64,000 nucleotides of DNA from Felis catus (taxonomy: Eukaryota), in contig NC_058368.1 of NCBI RefSeq assembly GCF_018350175.1, positions 32,800,001 through 32,864,000 of the forward strand. Direction: 5' to 3'. The translations under genes and the position numbers were made by a program. The notes beneath the pieces are model-generated. The model was not told where the DNA came from and did not search any database. It was given only the letters and a program-made list of their open reading frames with translations. This document shows, in pieces, positions 26,220-39,349 of this stretch. Numbering within the stretch: the stretch's first letter is position 1; every line of letters begins with the position of its first letter.

Positions 26220-26587
26220 GGGGTACCATCATATTTCGTCTTGAGGCTCTGAAAACTAAACTGACATCTCCAGACTTGTGAGATTCTTCTCAATGCATTT
26301 GTTTTCCAGCCCTTTCTTCTTTAATATGACAAAGACAATTTGCTTTTATTTCTGACATTTCTGAGATTTATCTGAAACTTTTTTGAATATTAACTCTGTG
26401 AATGGTGAAATATTGTAATTTTCTGTTTGTTAACATCATTTGTTACAGGATTAGTATATGTATTGTCAAAGTATTCTTTGTAAAAAGTTAAGAATATGAC
26501 TCTCAAGTCTGTCACGTGTTGAAGATTTTTTTTTATTTCTTTAACGAGGAAATAAGATAATAAAGCTGGTTCCAAGGAAAATACAGA
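26220..26587 (-). pseudogene. Pseudo-exon, SEA-like
   Basis: VFSLEPALLSYFLVKEIKKNLQHVTDLRVIF... / KLQYFTIHRVNIQKSFR*ISEMSEIKANCLCHIKEERLENKCIEKNL. The x-C-x-C strand resembles Cys-bearing MUC16-type SEA. Confidence 0.55.
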
Positions 26588-27217
26588 CTAGTTTACATAG
26601 CCAGTGACAGAAAAACATACTGCAGTAAGATTGTTAAATTAGATACTTAATAGTCTAGTTTCCTACAGGAAAATAAAACCACGACATTTGGTATTACCTT
26701 TTGCATTTCTGAAGTCTTTTAGAATTTAAATTTTAATGTCCAAGAATGACTTTGAAAGGTACATAGTAATCTTTTGCCATCTTTCTGAGTCTTAAATAAT
26801 TTGTCTTAATGTTATATTTAACCTCCGTAATTCCAACCATGATGTTTGCAAGTCTTCCTTACTTCTGAGCTTTAAGAAGAAACAGCTTACCCTTGCATTG
26901 CACACACTTTAAAAACCTCGTAGTTTTCCTCAATCATTTGATGCTTTATAGAGAGAGGTTGTGTAAGGTACTAGCATGTACCTGTTAGGTTCCTATAGCT
27001 TTTACTCCCTATCGATATATCTGTTCTTACACCTGATACTTGCTCTCTAAGTAAAACATCCACTCTTGAAACATCACAGCAAAGGCATTCACACATATCT
27101 AATGTTTTTTAATGGGAAATTTTGAAGTTTCCAATTTTATTAAAAAAAGTATAAGTAACAGTGCTTGAAATAACTTCTATTTCAGTGTTAGGAATACCTG
27201 ATATCCTAGAAATGTAT

Positions 27218-27957
27218 TGTCGTAGACTCTAAGTCTAAAGTTCTCTCTTGTCCAGCAAGAAAGCGAAATCACAATTAAAATAAGAGAGATGGCTAGTGTC
27301 CAGGAAAAGACAAGAGCCCCGATTAAGGTCCTTGCTCCGTTTTTATTAGGATCAGAAAGCTTATAAACATGGTGATGGACATGCACAAAGAGACAATAAA
27401 ACTGTGAACATTAATTCATGGACGTCAGGGAAAGGGGTCTTGAAGATACTCGGAGTTAGGGGTTTGGGTGAATACAAAACAAAATCCTGGCCCTGGGCAG
27501 CCGGGCAGAAAGTTGTTTATAGCACCACCTCTGTTTATCTTAGCCATCCTCGGGGATGACACAGATACAGCAAGTAACCTCAGAGTTAACAAGAGACCTT
27601 TCTTTTGTGAATCAGCTCAGCTCTGGGCAGTTTCACCCAGAGCACGGTGGTCTATAGCCCAGTTTACCTGCTTTCCTAATTTGGTCCTTCCTTCCTGTGA
27701 AAGCAGCTTTCTGCTATAATACTAAATTGGGGGGTGCTTTTGTCCTGAATACCTCATGTTGCTTACATCATACACCTTTGTATTGGGGGCCTTTACCCCC
27801 CCTCTCTATTCTGGGGGCCTTTTCCCCCTTCTCTATCCTTATTCGCCTATTCTTGTTTACCCTAAATTGGGTGTGAGCATCCTATGGCTTTGTAATTCTT
27901 TGTGCCTTGTTAACCCTATGGTGCAGGCTAAGGGAATTCCTAAACTTATTCCCCACA
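27218..27957 (-). mobile_element. Solo LTR, probably class II (ERVK/beta-like)
   Basis: TG...CA termini, 6-bp TSD atgtat on both sides. Minus strand begins TGTGGGG, with TATAA near 27362 and AATAAA near 27345. Confidence 0.85.
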
Positions 27958-29091
27958 ATGTATTGTTTGTATTTGTCTGCAAAATTTGTTACCAGCCATG
28001 ACCCTACCTCTTGCTCTGATCTTGGGGGCATCTCTCCCATAATCTGTACAGTTGTTTGTTTTTTTTTGTTTTTGTTTTTTCTTTTTTTCAGTTTGAAAAG
28101 TTTTTTCTTTCTCCGTGTAGGGCAAACATTATACCAAATATTTTAAAAAGACAAATGAGACAGAGTTTAACTATTTTCTTCCAAAGATACTAGTCACTAA
28201 TGTTGGAAATAGTACAAACCCTAAATGAGAAAACTCCTACTATAGAAAACTCTACAGGACACTTCACATTGTTTTGGAGCTGTTAGAAATGTTAAATAAG
28301 TGCCCAACAATGTGTTAATTTCAACTGATATAGTTATTTCACATGATTAAATCAATGATTCAGGTTTGGAGTTTGCTTCAGTATTCTTTGAGTGACAGTT
28401 TTTCTCTAATGTTTGTTCCTGGTGAAGGTTTTAAGTGGGTTAAGTTAGTTAAGGGTCCCCGTGGAAATGGAATGATCCTAGAGTCTCCAGTCAGGACGCC
28501 TAGTTTTGAATCCAGGCTCAGAAAAGGACAAGAATCGCACCTCTCTTAGCATAGAGGTGAGGATTAAAATAGTTTACTTGTTAAGCACTTAAGAAAGGTG
28601 ACTAGCATAGAAAATGTCATTTATTGTTGTTGTTATTATTAAACATAGCAGTGACATGATAAAAATTTTCTAAGAAGATTATGTAAATACAGTTCAAACG
28701 CTTATAATATTCAAGCTCAGAAATGAAGATTGTGTCATTTATTTATATAGAAAACATAAATGGCGATGGGTGATACTCCATTTAGTGAAGGGAGAGAAAG
28801 GAAAAAACATGTTGCTAAAAATGTCGGCAACAGTGGGTTGAAGAGAGGACTTATGGATGCAGAAGGGCAGTGTATAGAGGCATGGCAGGAAAGTGTGGAA
28901 ATTTGAATTACAAGAACTTGCAATTACTGACTTAGAAAAGATGAAGACTGTAAAAGTAATATAAATTCCTTGTAAGAGAATTCTGCCTAGAAACTTTAAG
29001 TTTAAAATGTGCTGCACAAATTTGTATTCTAGCTTTTTCTTACTATCCCTTCTTTTATTTTAAGCACTTGGCTCAGTCAAAAATATAAAGA

Positions 29092-29288
29092 GGGGCGCCT
29101 GAGTGACACAGTTGGTTAAGCATCTGACTCTTGATCTCAGCTCAGGTCATGATCTCACAGTGTGTGGGTTTTAGCCCCACATTGGGTTGGTGTAGAGTCT
29201 GCTTGGGATTCTGTCTCTCCTCTCTGCCCCTCCCCAGCTTGTGCTCTGTCTCTCTGTCACTCTCAAAATAAATAAACTTAAAAAAAAT
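29092..29288 (+). mobile_element. CAN-SINE
   Basis: TSD aaaatataaaga. Confidence 0.9.
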
Positions 29289-29802
29289 GAAAAATATAAA
29301 GAAAAATATTCAATCTTGATGGCAACACAGACTAATATTTGCAAAATATTTACTGTTAAGCCAATCGTACTAATTAAATATCTCCACTTAAAAAAAATGT
29401 ATGTGTCAAGAATGAAGGTACATTTTTCCCCCACAATTGCTTTAAATGAGATGTCTTCAAAATCTCCTATATCCCGGAATTGTGCTCAGTTGGAATATTT
29501 GGTAGTATTTGACCACTGAGAAATTGGAATGAAGAAAAAAGCGTTACCTTTTCCCCTCATCCTTTAAGGTGGCTTTGCTTTAAAAAAAAAAAAAAAAATC
29601 CATAGCCTCAAAATCCACTCTATGGAAAGCAATGTCATTGGATCATTATCAGAGTTCTTTTCAGTGTGCTAAATGAGCTGAACATTTTTGAACAAAAAGG
29701 TCTGTGTTCTTTAATAGGGCATAACTAGGAAGCTTCAGCCACTGCTTGTTGCCTCTGCTGTGAGATGTCCACATTGTGTGTTTTCATGTCATTATCACAT
29801 AC

Positions 29803-30013
29803 TTGGATTTTCTCTCACTTCAGAATCCAGAGGAACTAGTTGGAACTAATTTGCCATATCAGTTTTATGGATTTAACTACCTTATTAAATATAATGTGCC
29901 AACATGGAAGCTCCTCAGTTTCATGTATACTTTCTATCTGAATTTCTATAATATTTGAATTACTTCATTGTTGAGGCTTTATAAAGGGCATGTAATAAGA
30001 AAATTCTGAAGTC
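29803..30013 (-). pseudogene. Pseudo-exon, SEA-like
   Basis: SLNNEVIQIL*KFR*KVYMKLRSFHVGTLYLIR*L. Donor CAA|GTATGT. Confidence 0.45.
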
Positions 30014-31104
30014 CTACATGAGCAGTTGGCATGGGGTTTAACTGCACACTTGTTTAAGAATCGGCTCTGTGTGTTTGAAATAGCCTGTTTAAATCTTGTC
30101 TTCTTGATAGAACTATAGTAACAGATTTTGCCAAGTGAACCAAAGGATCATCAAGTTTCCTTTTGTTGTGTCGTGTTGTGTTTTGTTTTAGTATCTATTT
30201 ACTTGCTTGGATAATTTAGGCAAAATAGACGATCTTTTCATTGCCTTTATAAAATAGCCGTGAATACAATAATGAAGGAGAGACTAAAAAATATGTAGTA
30301 AATGTGTTTTGACTGGAACTGAACAAACAGTAGGCAACTGAGGCCTAAAACATACGATCCTGCTAAAAAGCATGAAAATACCATGCCTTACTGTAGAGAA
30401 TAGCTCATTGAAGTTGTACAATGGACTAAATACATTTTTGCATGCATTATATTATTTGACTCTCACATGATCATTGTAAGCAGTACAGCAAACATCTCCT
30501 TTACAGGGCACTGAGACTCAGGCTGGTTGAAACTTGACCTTTACAATGCATCAGAATGATCTAGAGAATGTTATAAAAATGCCAACGCTTGCCCATTCCC
30601 AAGATCAACTGAATAAGAATTTCTGTGAAAAAGGCCTGCATTTGCACACTTAAATAATGTCCCTAATCAATCCTCAAGGAAGACTGACCACCTCTCTTTA
30701 TACTGTGTAGCTTTCGGTTGAGTCTCAGCACCCTGCAATAGAGTGCTGAGAGCAATGGTGGGACACCTGGGAATCTGGTAGTGCAGGAGTCAGGGAAATC
30801 AGACTCACCTTTCATCAAGACTACTTCAATATTACTTACTGGGACTTTCAGAAAAGTGGAAAGGGAATAAGGTAGGGGAACGGGTCACCTCAGGCAAGTG
30901 GCACCCACATCCCCAAATCTCTTCTCTTTGGTTTAGTGAGAAAGTATAGAACTTCTGAAATATTTACTTTACTTAAACAATCCCAAACCTGTCACAGTCA
31001 GAAGAGAGTCTCAAAGAATCACAAGATCCCCAGCCCCAGTAGACTTTAAACACTGATAATGAGTGGGAAGGTGGAAACTTCTTGCCCGTGGGGCTTAAGC
31101 AGAT

Positions 31105-31310
31105 GGTTTCCTTTTATCTCTTGATGGCATATTCTGTTTTGCTTGGAGACAGAGATAATGTAGGTTATCTCTAAAGAAACTTTGAATAACATGATTCGGT
31201 ACTATGAGGTAATATGTATTATTTCAAGCTTGATGCAAGCTTAAGTCTGGATAAAATGTCATGTTTTTAAAAGAACTGTTTACATTTATTTTGATGAAAT
31301 ATAATATAAA
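31105..31310 (-). pseudogene. Pseudo-exon, SEA N-terminal half
   Basis: KINVNSSFKNMTFYPDLSLHQA*NNTYYLIVPNHVIQSFFRDNLHYLCLQ in one frame. NMTFYPDL matches the N-x-x-F-x-x-D-L signature. Confidence 0.6.
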
Positions 31311-32250
31311 AAATACACTAATCTAGATTGTCCTAGAGACCGTGTGTCATTTTCTTCTGCTCACTTTTTTAGCCCTATGGTCTCAGAATTATAGTAACTC
31401 AAAGCTTTATTGGAAAACTCCCGTCACCACTTTTCGATGCTTGAGATATTTCATCTTGTATAAAGATTCCATTTTAGGGGTCTGATTTCAAGTTCAGATA
31501 AGTGAGCAATTGGAGATTTATAGGATGGCAGGAAATGCATGCCCGGCTATCTGAATGCAGAATCTAAAACATCTTGATAATAGTCATCTTAATCACCTCA
31601 CTTTGGCTCACAGTATTTTCTTTATTTTTTTTTCCTTCTTATATGAAACCTCTCTTTTCTTTCCCATCACAGATTTAAGTGGAGATTTTAATGTTTTCTT
31701 TAAACTATGCCTTAGGCTAGAGAAGATTGTTTTATTTCAAATAGGAAGTAAAATTTAGATCCATTTGATGCTAATGTGATCAGAATCAGCGTAGTTAGAC
31801 TTTACAATTTTCATAATCTGTTTTGACTCAGAGTGCAGTTAATAAGATATTTTACAAACATAAATAAATTTGCAACAGTAGAGTTTTGGCATGGAGTGTT
31901 TGTTCTCTCTCTCTGAGAATATAAGGTAAATGTTCATGAGTACTGCATGTATACTTTTCTAGGCAACACAGAAAGATAATATTATTACTGTTTCTTAAAT
32001 GTTCCATAGAAGAAGCCAGAGAATTGTAATCTCCAGAAACATAGGAATTGTATCTGGTAACATTTGTACCCTTAACACATAGGAGATAATAAATATTGAT
32101 GAAAAAATAATTGATTGAATGATTGTGACCTTGGGGATATTATATAGCTCATCTCCAAATGAGTATTAAATTAGTGAGTTAAATGAGTTAGAATAGAGCC
32201 GTGAATAATATTCAAAATGTGTTATTATGCATATTATTATGAATATTAAT

Positions 32251-32339
32251 AGTAGTTTTATTGTGAAATACCAGAATAAGCTAGTTACTGTTTGAATAAG
32301 TAGTTATATTGTGAAATACCAGAATAAGCTAGTAACTGT
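32251..32339 (+). repeat. 48-bp tandem duplication (about 1.9 copies)
   Basis: agtagtt[t/a]tattgtgaaataccagaataagctagt[t/a]actgt occurs at 32251 and 32299. Confidence 0.9.
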
Positions 32340-32440
32340 GCTTTCAAGATGAATCAAAAGAGTATTTTGTAACACAACATGAATCTTTGTAAAATCACAA
32401 GAGTGTGAATCTGATCTGTGATATTTAAAAAACATACCTA

Positions 32441-32897
32441 GGGGTGCGTGGGTGGCTCAGTGGGTTGAGCAGCCGACTTCTGCTCAGGTCACGGTCTCGC
32501 GTTCCGTGAGTTCGAGCCCCGCGTCAGGCTCTGGGCTGATGGCTCAGAGCCTGGAGCCTGTTTCGGATTCTGTGTCTCCCTCTCTCTGACCCTCCCCCGT
32601 TAATGCTCTGTCTCTCTCTGTCTCAAAAATAAATAAACGTTAGGGGCGCCTGGGTGGCGCAGTCGGTTGAGTGTCCGACTTCAGCCAGGTCACGATCTCG
32701 CGGTCCGGGAGTTCAAGCCCGGCGTCAGGCTCTGGGCTGATGGCTCGGAGCCTGGAGCCTGTTTCCGATTCTGTGTCTCCCTCTCTCTCTGCCCCTCCCC
32801 TGTTCAGGCTCTGTCTCTCTCTGTCCCCAAAATAAATAAACGTTGAAAAAATAAATAAACGTTAAAAAAAATTTAAAAAATATTAAAAAAAATAAAA
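32441..32897 (+). mobile_element. Nested young CAN-SINE pair (inner copy 32643 to about 32846)
   Basis: Inner TSD aaaaataaataaacgtta. Outer TSD acatacctag. Confidence 0.93.
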
Positions 32898-33649
32898 CAC
32901 ATACCTAGTTTTCCACATTGCTAATAGTAGTTTGTGATATCAATCTGTTAAAACTTTATTAAATATGAAATATATTATTCTATTTCATGGGCAGACAACC
33001 AACAAAACAGGATTGAAGTCATGCTTTTCACTATAGGGTACTATTACTTTTTTTTTTTTTTCATTGTTATTCTCTAGATGGGTAAGGAGTGACATTTTGC
33101 ATTCTGGGAATACTGAGTACCTTCTTTTTTACCCTGTCTCCTACCTCTGTTTTACAATATATAAAAAGGATTTTTTTCTTGTTTTTTTCATGTTGAAAAT
33201 GAAAATCTCAGTGTGTATTAACAGGTGCATATATATGAAAAATGTAAAATCATATCCACCTAAGGGCAAATATCTTGGATACAAGATAGCCAATGCATTT
33301 AATTTGGATGTTAATAGCCACAGTGCAAGTTTTAAATTTACCTTACCTTTCCCATGTATCTGAGACACTGCATTGAGTGAATGTTCTCCTTGGTGTGGAA
33401 AGCTTACTGCTGGTTAAAACGGTCAATGATGTACTAAGTTTGAGTTCTCCCAGTTACCTGTGTCTGACACATGATTGGTTTATGGCTCTTGCTGAGGGGC
33501 AGATAATGGCCAACCAAGGGTTTTCTTGCTGAAATTGTGCTATTTGCTTTCTGATTTTCATCTGCTTGCTTTAAATTTGCAGTTGGAGGTTAAAGAGTTA
33601 CTTTTTTTTTTTTGAGGTTTATGGATTCAAGTCTAAAGTTTAAGAACCC

Positions 33650-34012
33650 TAACTAAGAGATCAATGAGGATTCTAGAGTCCTCTTTATGTGGACTATCAA
33701 AATGACATCTGGGTGTAGTAAAAGTTTTTTTGATATAAGAATCATTGCAAAGTCAGTGTCAGTATATGTTAACAGTGTTAGACCCACAAAACGTGAGATA
33801 TCAGAATTGTTCATTTGCATTAGAATTTATCTTTATGTTTACATGTATTACCTTAGCACTTAGAAAAACCATCATAGGAGAAAGATGGAAAGCCCCAGGA
33901 ACCCATTGCAATAATTTTGGGACAGGAACAAGTGCAGTTGTAGCAATCGATTCTTTAATTTTGTGTAATTCAAAGGCCTACAATCAGTAATGAATGTAGA
34001 AATAGAAGATAG
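33650..34012 (-). pseudogene. Pseudo-exon, SEA-like
   Basis: FITDCRPLNYTKLKNRLLQLHLFLSQNYCNGFLGLSIF / SYDGF / LSAKVIHVNIKINS. Confidence 0.55.
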
Positions 34013-34196
34013 CACACATAATATTTGGACTTTTCCCTAATTAATTAATTTCACAAATACTTATCTCTTGTGTTTTTAAGGATAAGACAGTGTGCCAGGA
34101 TATGATAAGGTAGAGGTATACTGAATAAACATTTGGACCAAAAGCCAAATGCCCAAGGGATAAAAATTTGTATTCATCCGAGGCTTAAATTTATCA

Positions 34197-34404
34197 TCAT
34201 GGAGAAATACTTGCGCAAATGTGAAATTTTACTTTAAACACAATTAAAGTTTTGGTAGAAAAACCTGAATTTTTGACATTATAGCGCAGGAACAATAATT
34301 TCTCATACATGCTAAATGTTAGGTTAATCTTGCTCTTACTGTAGATTATTATTATGTCACAGTATATTTTCAGTTCTAAGTTGATGTTCATATTCTGTTG
34401 TGAC
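34197..34404 (-). pseudogene. Pseudo-exon, SEA-like
   Basis: Acceptor cttgttcttgtacAG. SQQNMNINLELKIYC...KINLTFSMYEKLLFLRYNVKNSGFSTKTLIVFKVKFHICASISP. Confidence 0.5.
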
Positions 34405-34784
34405 CTGTACAAGAACAAGATATTTTTTGATAACTTTGCAGGAAAAAAACCCTGTATTTTTCTTATAAGATTCATGACTTATGAATAATTGAAATTAAGT
34501 AACTAAATACTAATTGTGGTTCTTAAGAATTATTTTGTTTAGTGTGATAAATGCTAATGAACTAGACTATTCGATATAGATTGAAACTGTTTTATATATG
34601 AAATCTCTGTCATTAGGCTTATACATTCATTTATATTTTTATTAGCATTTCTGATAATAAATGTAAGTCTACTTAAAATTATCTAATGCACTCCATCTAG
34701 CTACTTGAATTAACTGTAAATGTATATTTTCATATTTAATTATATGTTAGTGGTATTATGTAAAATTAAGACAATTTAATTTTA

Positions 34785-34996
34785 TTTTTTTTTCAACGTT
34801 TATTTATTTTTGGGACAGAGAGAGACAGAGCATGAACGGGGGAGGGGCAGAGAGAGAGGGAGACACAGAATCGGAAACAGGCTCCAGGCTCTGAGCCATC
34901 AGCACAGAGCCCGACACGGGGCTCGAAATCACGGACCGCAAGATCGTGACCTGGCTGAAGTCGGACGCTTAACCGACTCCGCCACCCAGGCGCCCC
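34785..34996 (-). mobile_element. Young felid CAN-SINE
   Basis: TSD aagacaatttaatttta. Confidence 0.95.
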
Positions 34997-35379
34997 AAGA
35001 CAATTTAATTTTAACACTTACCTTGAGACAACGCAGGTGAGCTGGTAGATAATGATAGAAGAGATAGCAGTTCCCAAGGACTGGTGGTTTTAAGGAGCTT
35101 AGAGCTCAAGACACATGACTCTAGGTGAATCTAAGAAGCTCATAAAATTTATTTAACACATTCTTTCCCTTTAACACTCATATCCTCTCATATTCTACCA
35201 TTATATCCAGCTCCCATGTTATAATTTGAGGGGTGTGTGTGTGTGTGTGTGTGTGTATAAAATCCCTCACTTTTTTCTATAAGGAGGCAGTGACTAGTTT
35301 GATCATTCAAAGTCTTCTTCAAGCTTGTGAGACATAGCATGTCCTAAAATGCTTAAGGTACAAAGTTTGGTAAGTCTAG

Positions 35380-38110
35380 TTACTGTTGAAGTTGCTCCAG
35401 AGGCTTCAACTGCTTTTTATCCTTATCCTTATTGAGTAACCACTCTAAATTTCTTTCATCCATAGTGAGCACTTCTGTTGATTGGATTTGTTTGCCTGCT
35501 GGTGTTAACCAAATGTCATCTTTGAGGGTTCTGAGCCTTTAGCAGCCTTGTATTTATTGAATTGTGATTGCTGCAATTGTTTTTTTGATAGGTATCATTA
35601 TGCAAGTACGTACTAAGAATCAGCTCTGAGAAACCTCTGAGGTCCAATCATATCCCTCCTTGTCCTCATCGAACCTCATGTGGCAGCAATCCTAATACCT
35701 CCTGAAAATTATGATCATTACCTCAAGTACAGTAATTCTTTTATATGCTTGCTTTTCTACTGACCTGAGTAGACTAAAGTGGACAGATGGCAGTCATAGC
35801 TTCATATTCAATAAAACCTTACTGATTCCCCTCAAGGAAATAATCTCCTCTTAGAACCAGGGTCTCTAATCAGAAAGAGACTAGAATAATTTGGACGAGA
35901 AACTTACATTTTCAAATAGTTCACTAAGAGGGATGGTGAGAGGTGACTCTCCTGCTTTTACACTTTGTTTCCTGGGTCCACGTATTCTAGCTGGTGGGGA
36001 CAACTATGTAATTTATCACATCCTGGAGGACATTGCCCCATTTTTGCATGTTGGTGACATTGAGCCAGAATCTAAGCTGAATCATGCACAGACCGCTTCC
36101 AAATTTTGTCAGGCTAGCTTCTGACAAATGGGGTAGTAAATGGCAATACCAATACTTCTCAAGGTCATGAGCCAACTGTGTTAATCTTTTGGCTATAGAA
36201 TAGATCCTTTGCCTGAAACAGTGTTATGGTGGATAACACACATACGGAAAAGGATCTCTGTAAGTCTTCAGATGATCGTGTCAGCTGAAGTACTTTGGAT
36301 AAGAAAGCATACTCATATATGGAATGTGCACGTATTCATTCAGATGGAGAAGGTCAAGTATAATTGCCTTGTCATAAGATAATCAGCGAGTACATCCAAG
36401 CAATGGTACTGAAGGATCAGTGTTGATCTATGCTTCTGGAAAGTTTCACACACACGGCACTGGCAGTAGGTAGAGAATCTATGCAGTTGGTTATGTGAAT
36501 AACACTCATTCCTGCTACTATAGATTTTCTATTGAGGGGATTACAAAGCACTAGGATTGACTAGAGATAAACTGGGCGATATGCACCTAACCACTTAGTT
36601 GTTGAGAGGCATCCTTTTGATGGATCATCTCCAGTGTAAATGTTCTAATTATTTGGGGCCCTGTGGACCATCTACATACCTCACCCTCCAAACTCCTGGT
36701 CTTTTTATTCCAACCTAGAAAACTGGCCCCGACATTTACCACTTCCAAGGAATTAGTGAATATCCCTCTTGAGGGAAATTCTCTCTCCATATGGAGTAGA
36801 TAACCAAGTGTATTGCTTATAATTCTGCTCACTGGGAGGATTACTCTTCATCATTTGGGAGAAGTGTTGTAGCTCACTTGCAATTCATTTCTGGTTAATG
36901 TCTCAGTAGGCTAGTATTTCCTTCTTGATGAAATAAGTTCTAGTTTTATTAGAGTTTTTGGAGTTTCGAAGGCTCTAGCAATAGTTGGAAAATGTTCTTT
37001 ATTCAGATATCAGAATCCCTTTTTCCAAGACCCTTAATTACCAGTAATGGCCTGGCATCAACACTTATTTAGAGATCTGAATCTAAGCTCAGTAGGAATA
37101 ATTCCTTCACACTGCTTAGTACTATTTATTCCCAACGTTGCACCTTTCTACCCTCAGCTCTAAGTGTGGTAGCTAGTGTCACTTTCTATTTCTGTATAAC
37201 CTCACTCTTTTCTTTTTGCCTTTTCAGTCTTCTCATACCTGTTTATCATGTTTAAAATTTCTATAAATTTTGGGGGCTCCTGGGTGGCTCAGTTGGTTAA
37301 GCATCTGACTTCGGCTCAGGTCATGATCTCACGGTTTGTGAGTTCAAGCCTGGCATCGGGCTTTGTGCTGCCAGCCCGGAGACTGGAGCCTGCTTCACAT
37401 TCTGTGTCTCCCTCTCTCTCTCTCTCTGCTCCTCCCCTGCTCACACTGTGTGTCTCTCTCTCTTTCTTAAAAGTAAATAAACATTAAAAAAATTTAAAAA
37501 TTTTTCTATGAAATTTTTCTGTTATAAACACTGGTCTGATTTATTTTCTGACAGGGGCCTGACCAATAAACTAATTAATTCCATGAGTAAACTTAGCAAA
37601 TAGGCACTCAATAAGGAATTTTGAAATGGGTTTAGACATCATGCCAGAGGGAAATGGAATCCTTAGCAAGCAGGGGCATCACCATTAATCAAATTATCAC
37701 CTGTGGTTGACTGTGATTAAGTGCTTATAATACAAATGCCTTGGGGGACCAAGTTGCTGTTCACTCAACTGTTATGGAAATAATGATAATTACAAGGATT
37801 ATGAGATGGGATGGCTTCCTTTGAATGCCCTGGAATGCTTATACAACAAAAATGACAAGCTCTAGTTTTTAATTCCTCATCTCCGGTTTTTCTATGAAAC
37901 TAGAGACCTTCTAAGGCGGCCTTAAAAGCATCTCTTATTTACTATAGGTCCAATGATGAACATTGGACACTAAATATGATCATACTGCTTGCAGACTTAT
38001 GATGATAATTGAGTTAACATCCTCACACAATTTCTCATGTGAAATTCAAGATATTTTGGGGAAAGAGTGAGACCCTGAGGTTTAGAATGGATACTCTTTT
38101 GGACCCAGAT
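35380..38110. mobile_element. Old ERVL/MaLR-like internal fragments
   Basis: Higher-GC degenerate sequence resembling ERVL/MaLR internal regions. LTR-end-like motif near 37530-37567. Recognised by eye only. Confidence 0.4.
37272..37500 (+). mobile_element. CAN-SINE
   Basis: Head, (CT)n and tail. Confidence 0.9.
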
Positions 38111-38514
38111 AAAGATGAAGCAATGCTTGTACTTTCTTATTCGGTGATACTGAGACCTAAATCTGGTCATAGATCTGGAGACAGTGGGGGTGGTTGGAGG
38201 GAATAGGTCATGAGGAGACAACCTTCATTTTGAAAGAAACTTACTCCATGCCAGTCATGACTGTTTTCCTCTAGAAAAGAAAACTTTTGGTGATTCTGAA
38301 ATTTCAGGAGCTTGTCAGACTGGTCCAGGCAGTCCCCCCCCTGCATAGCCCTGACTTCAAAAGAAAAGATCTCTAAAGATTGTATATGAAGTACACTTTA
38401 TAGGTTTGCTATACTTATAATCAGTTGCTGAGGCAGATTATCAATGTAGTGTTCTGTCCCTGCTGGGAAGAAGACTTCTTTTCAAGTTTTAAAAATGTCC
38501 TGTTTGTTTGTTTG

Positions 38515-38804
38515 TTTGTTTACAAACTGCTTTACATTGACAACTAAATGTCATTTTCTTTTATTGAAAATCACAGAAAAGCCATTGTATACCATGACCC
38601 TTATAAATAACATTATCCACATACAGATTAAACACCATAGCTACTTGGACTGCCATCTATTTGCACTTCATTCAGATTATCTACAGCTTAATAAATCATG
38701 TCATCAAAGGCCAAAAATTATTGCCAGTGATCATTGTCATCATCTGGTTTATAGAACTACTACTGATATCTATTGTTTTAGCTCGGGTTCATGACAAACA
38801 GAAC
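38515..38804 (-). pseudogene. Pseudo-exon, SEA-like
   Basis: Acceptor cccatcAG|gttctgttt. HDLLSCR*SE* / MAVQVAMVFNLYVDNVIY / VYNGFSVIFNKRK*HLVVNVKQF. Confidence 0.5.
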
Positions 38805-39021
38805 CTGATGGGATACATAAGGGATAATGCTTAAGGTGATGTAATCCAATGCAGTAAGAATTACAAAAAAGCAAAGTGGCACATGAAGTACAGAATTATA
38901 ACATGCTTCATGAGACATGCAAAAACATGACCCCATTGCTTGATCATATGAAATACCTCTAAACAGATTGTACAGGAAAGCTATGTCTCACAATTATCTA
39001 TTGGAGATAAAAAGAAAGGAC

Positions 39022-39341
39022 TTATTTTGCCAGTGTACTCTTATTTACTCTTTTCTCCTGATCATAATTTATTTCACAGAAAGCCAGTTCTTCCACACCT
39101 ACAGACCGAAGTCCCTTTTGGGAAGTGGCAGGGGAAGGCAGATCTGATAAATTATAGCATGATGCTACATCTAAATATAAAAGATGGGAGGAGCCAAAGT
39201 TTCTTGGGTCCATTTGGATCAGCCTCAGGCACAATGCATACTATAAAGACCATTCAAGAGCCATATCGGTGGAATTTGGGACAGTCATTCTTGCTAGATG
39301 AGGCTTCAATGATACTGCTGCATTGAGTGGCAACCAGGTAC
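39022..39341 (-). pseudogene. Pseudo-exon, SEA-like, nearly open frame
   Basis: Strong acceptor ttatttgtcttcccAG. GTWLPLNAAVSLKPHLARMTVPNSTDMALEWSL*YALCLRLIQMDPRNFGSSHLLYLDVASCY... with one internal TAG over about 105 codons. Confidence 0.55.
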
Positions 39342-39349
39342 CTGGGAAG

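Noticed and set aside
28751..28960. Purine-rich plus-strand exon-like stretch after an AG
   Set aside because: Stops in all frames and no convincing donor or protein similarity.
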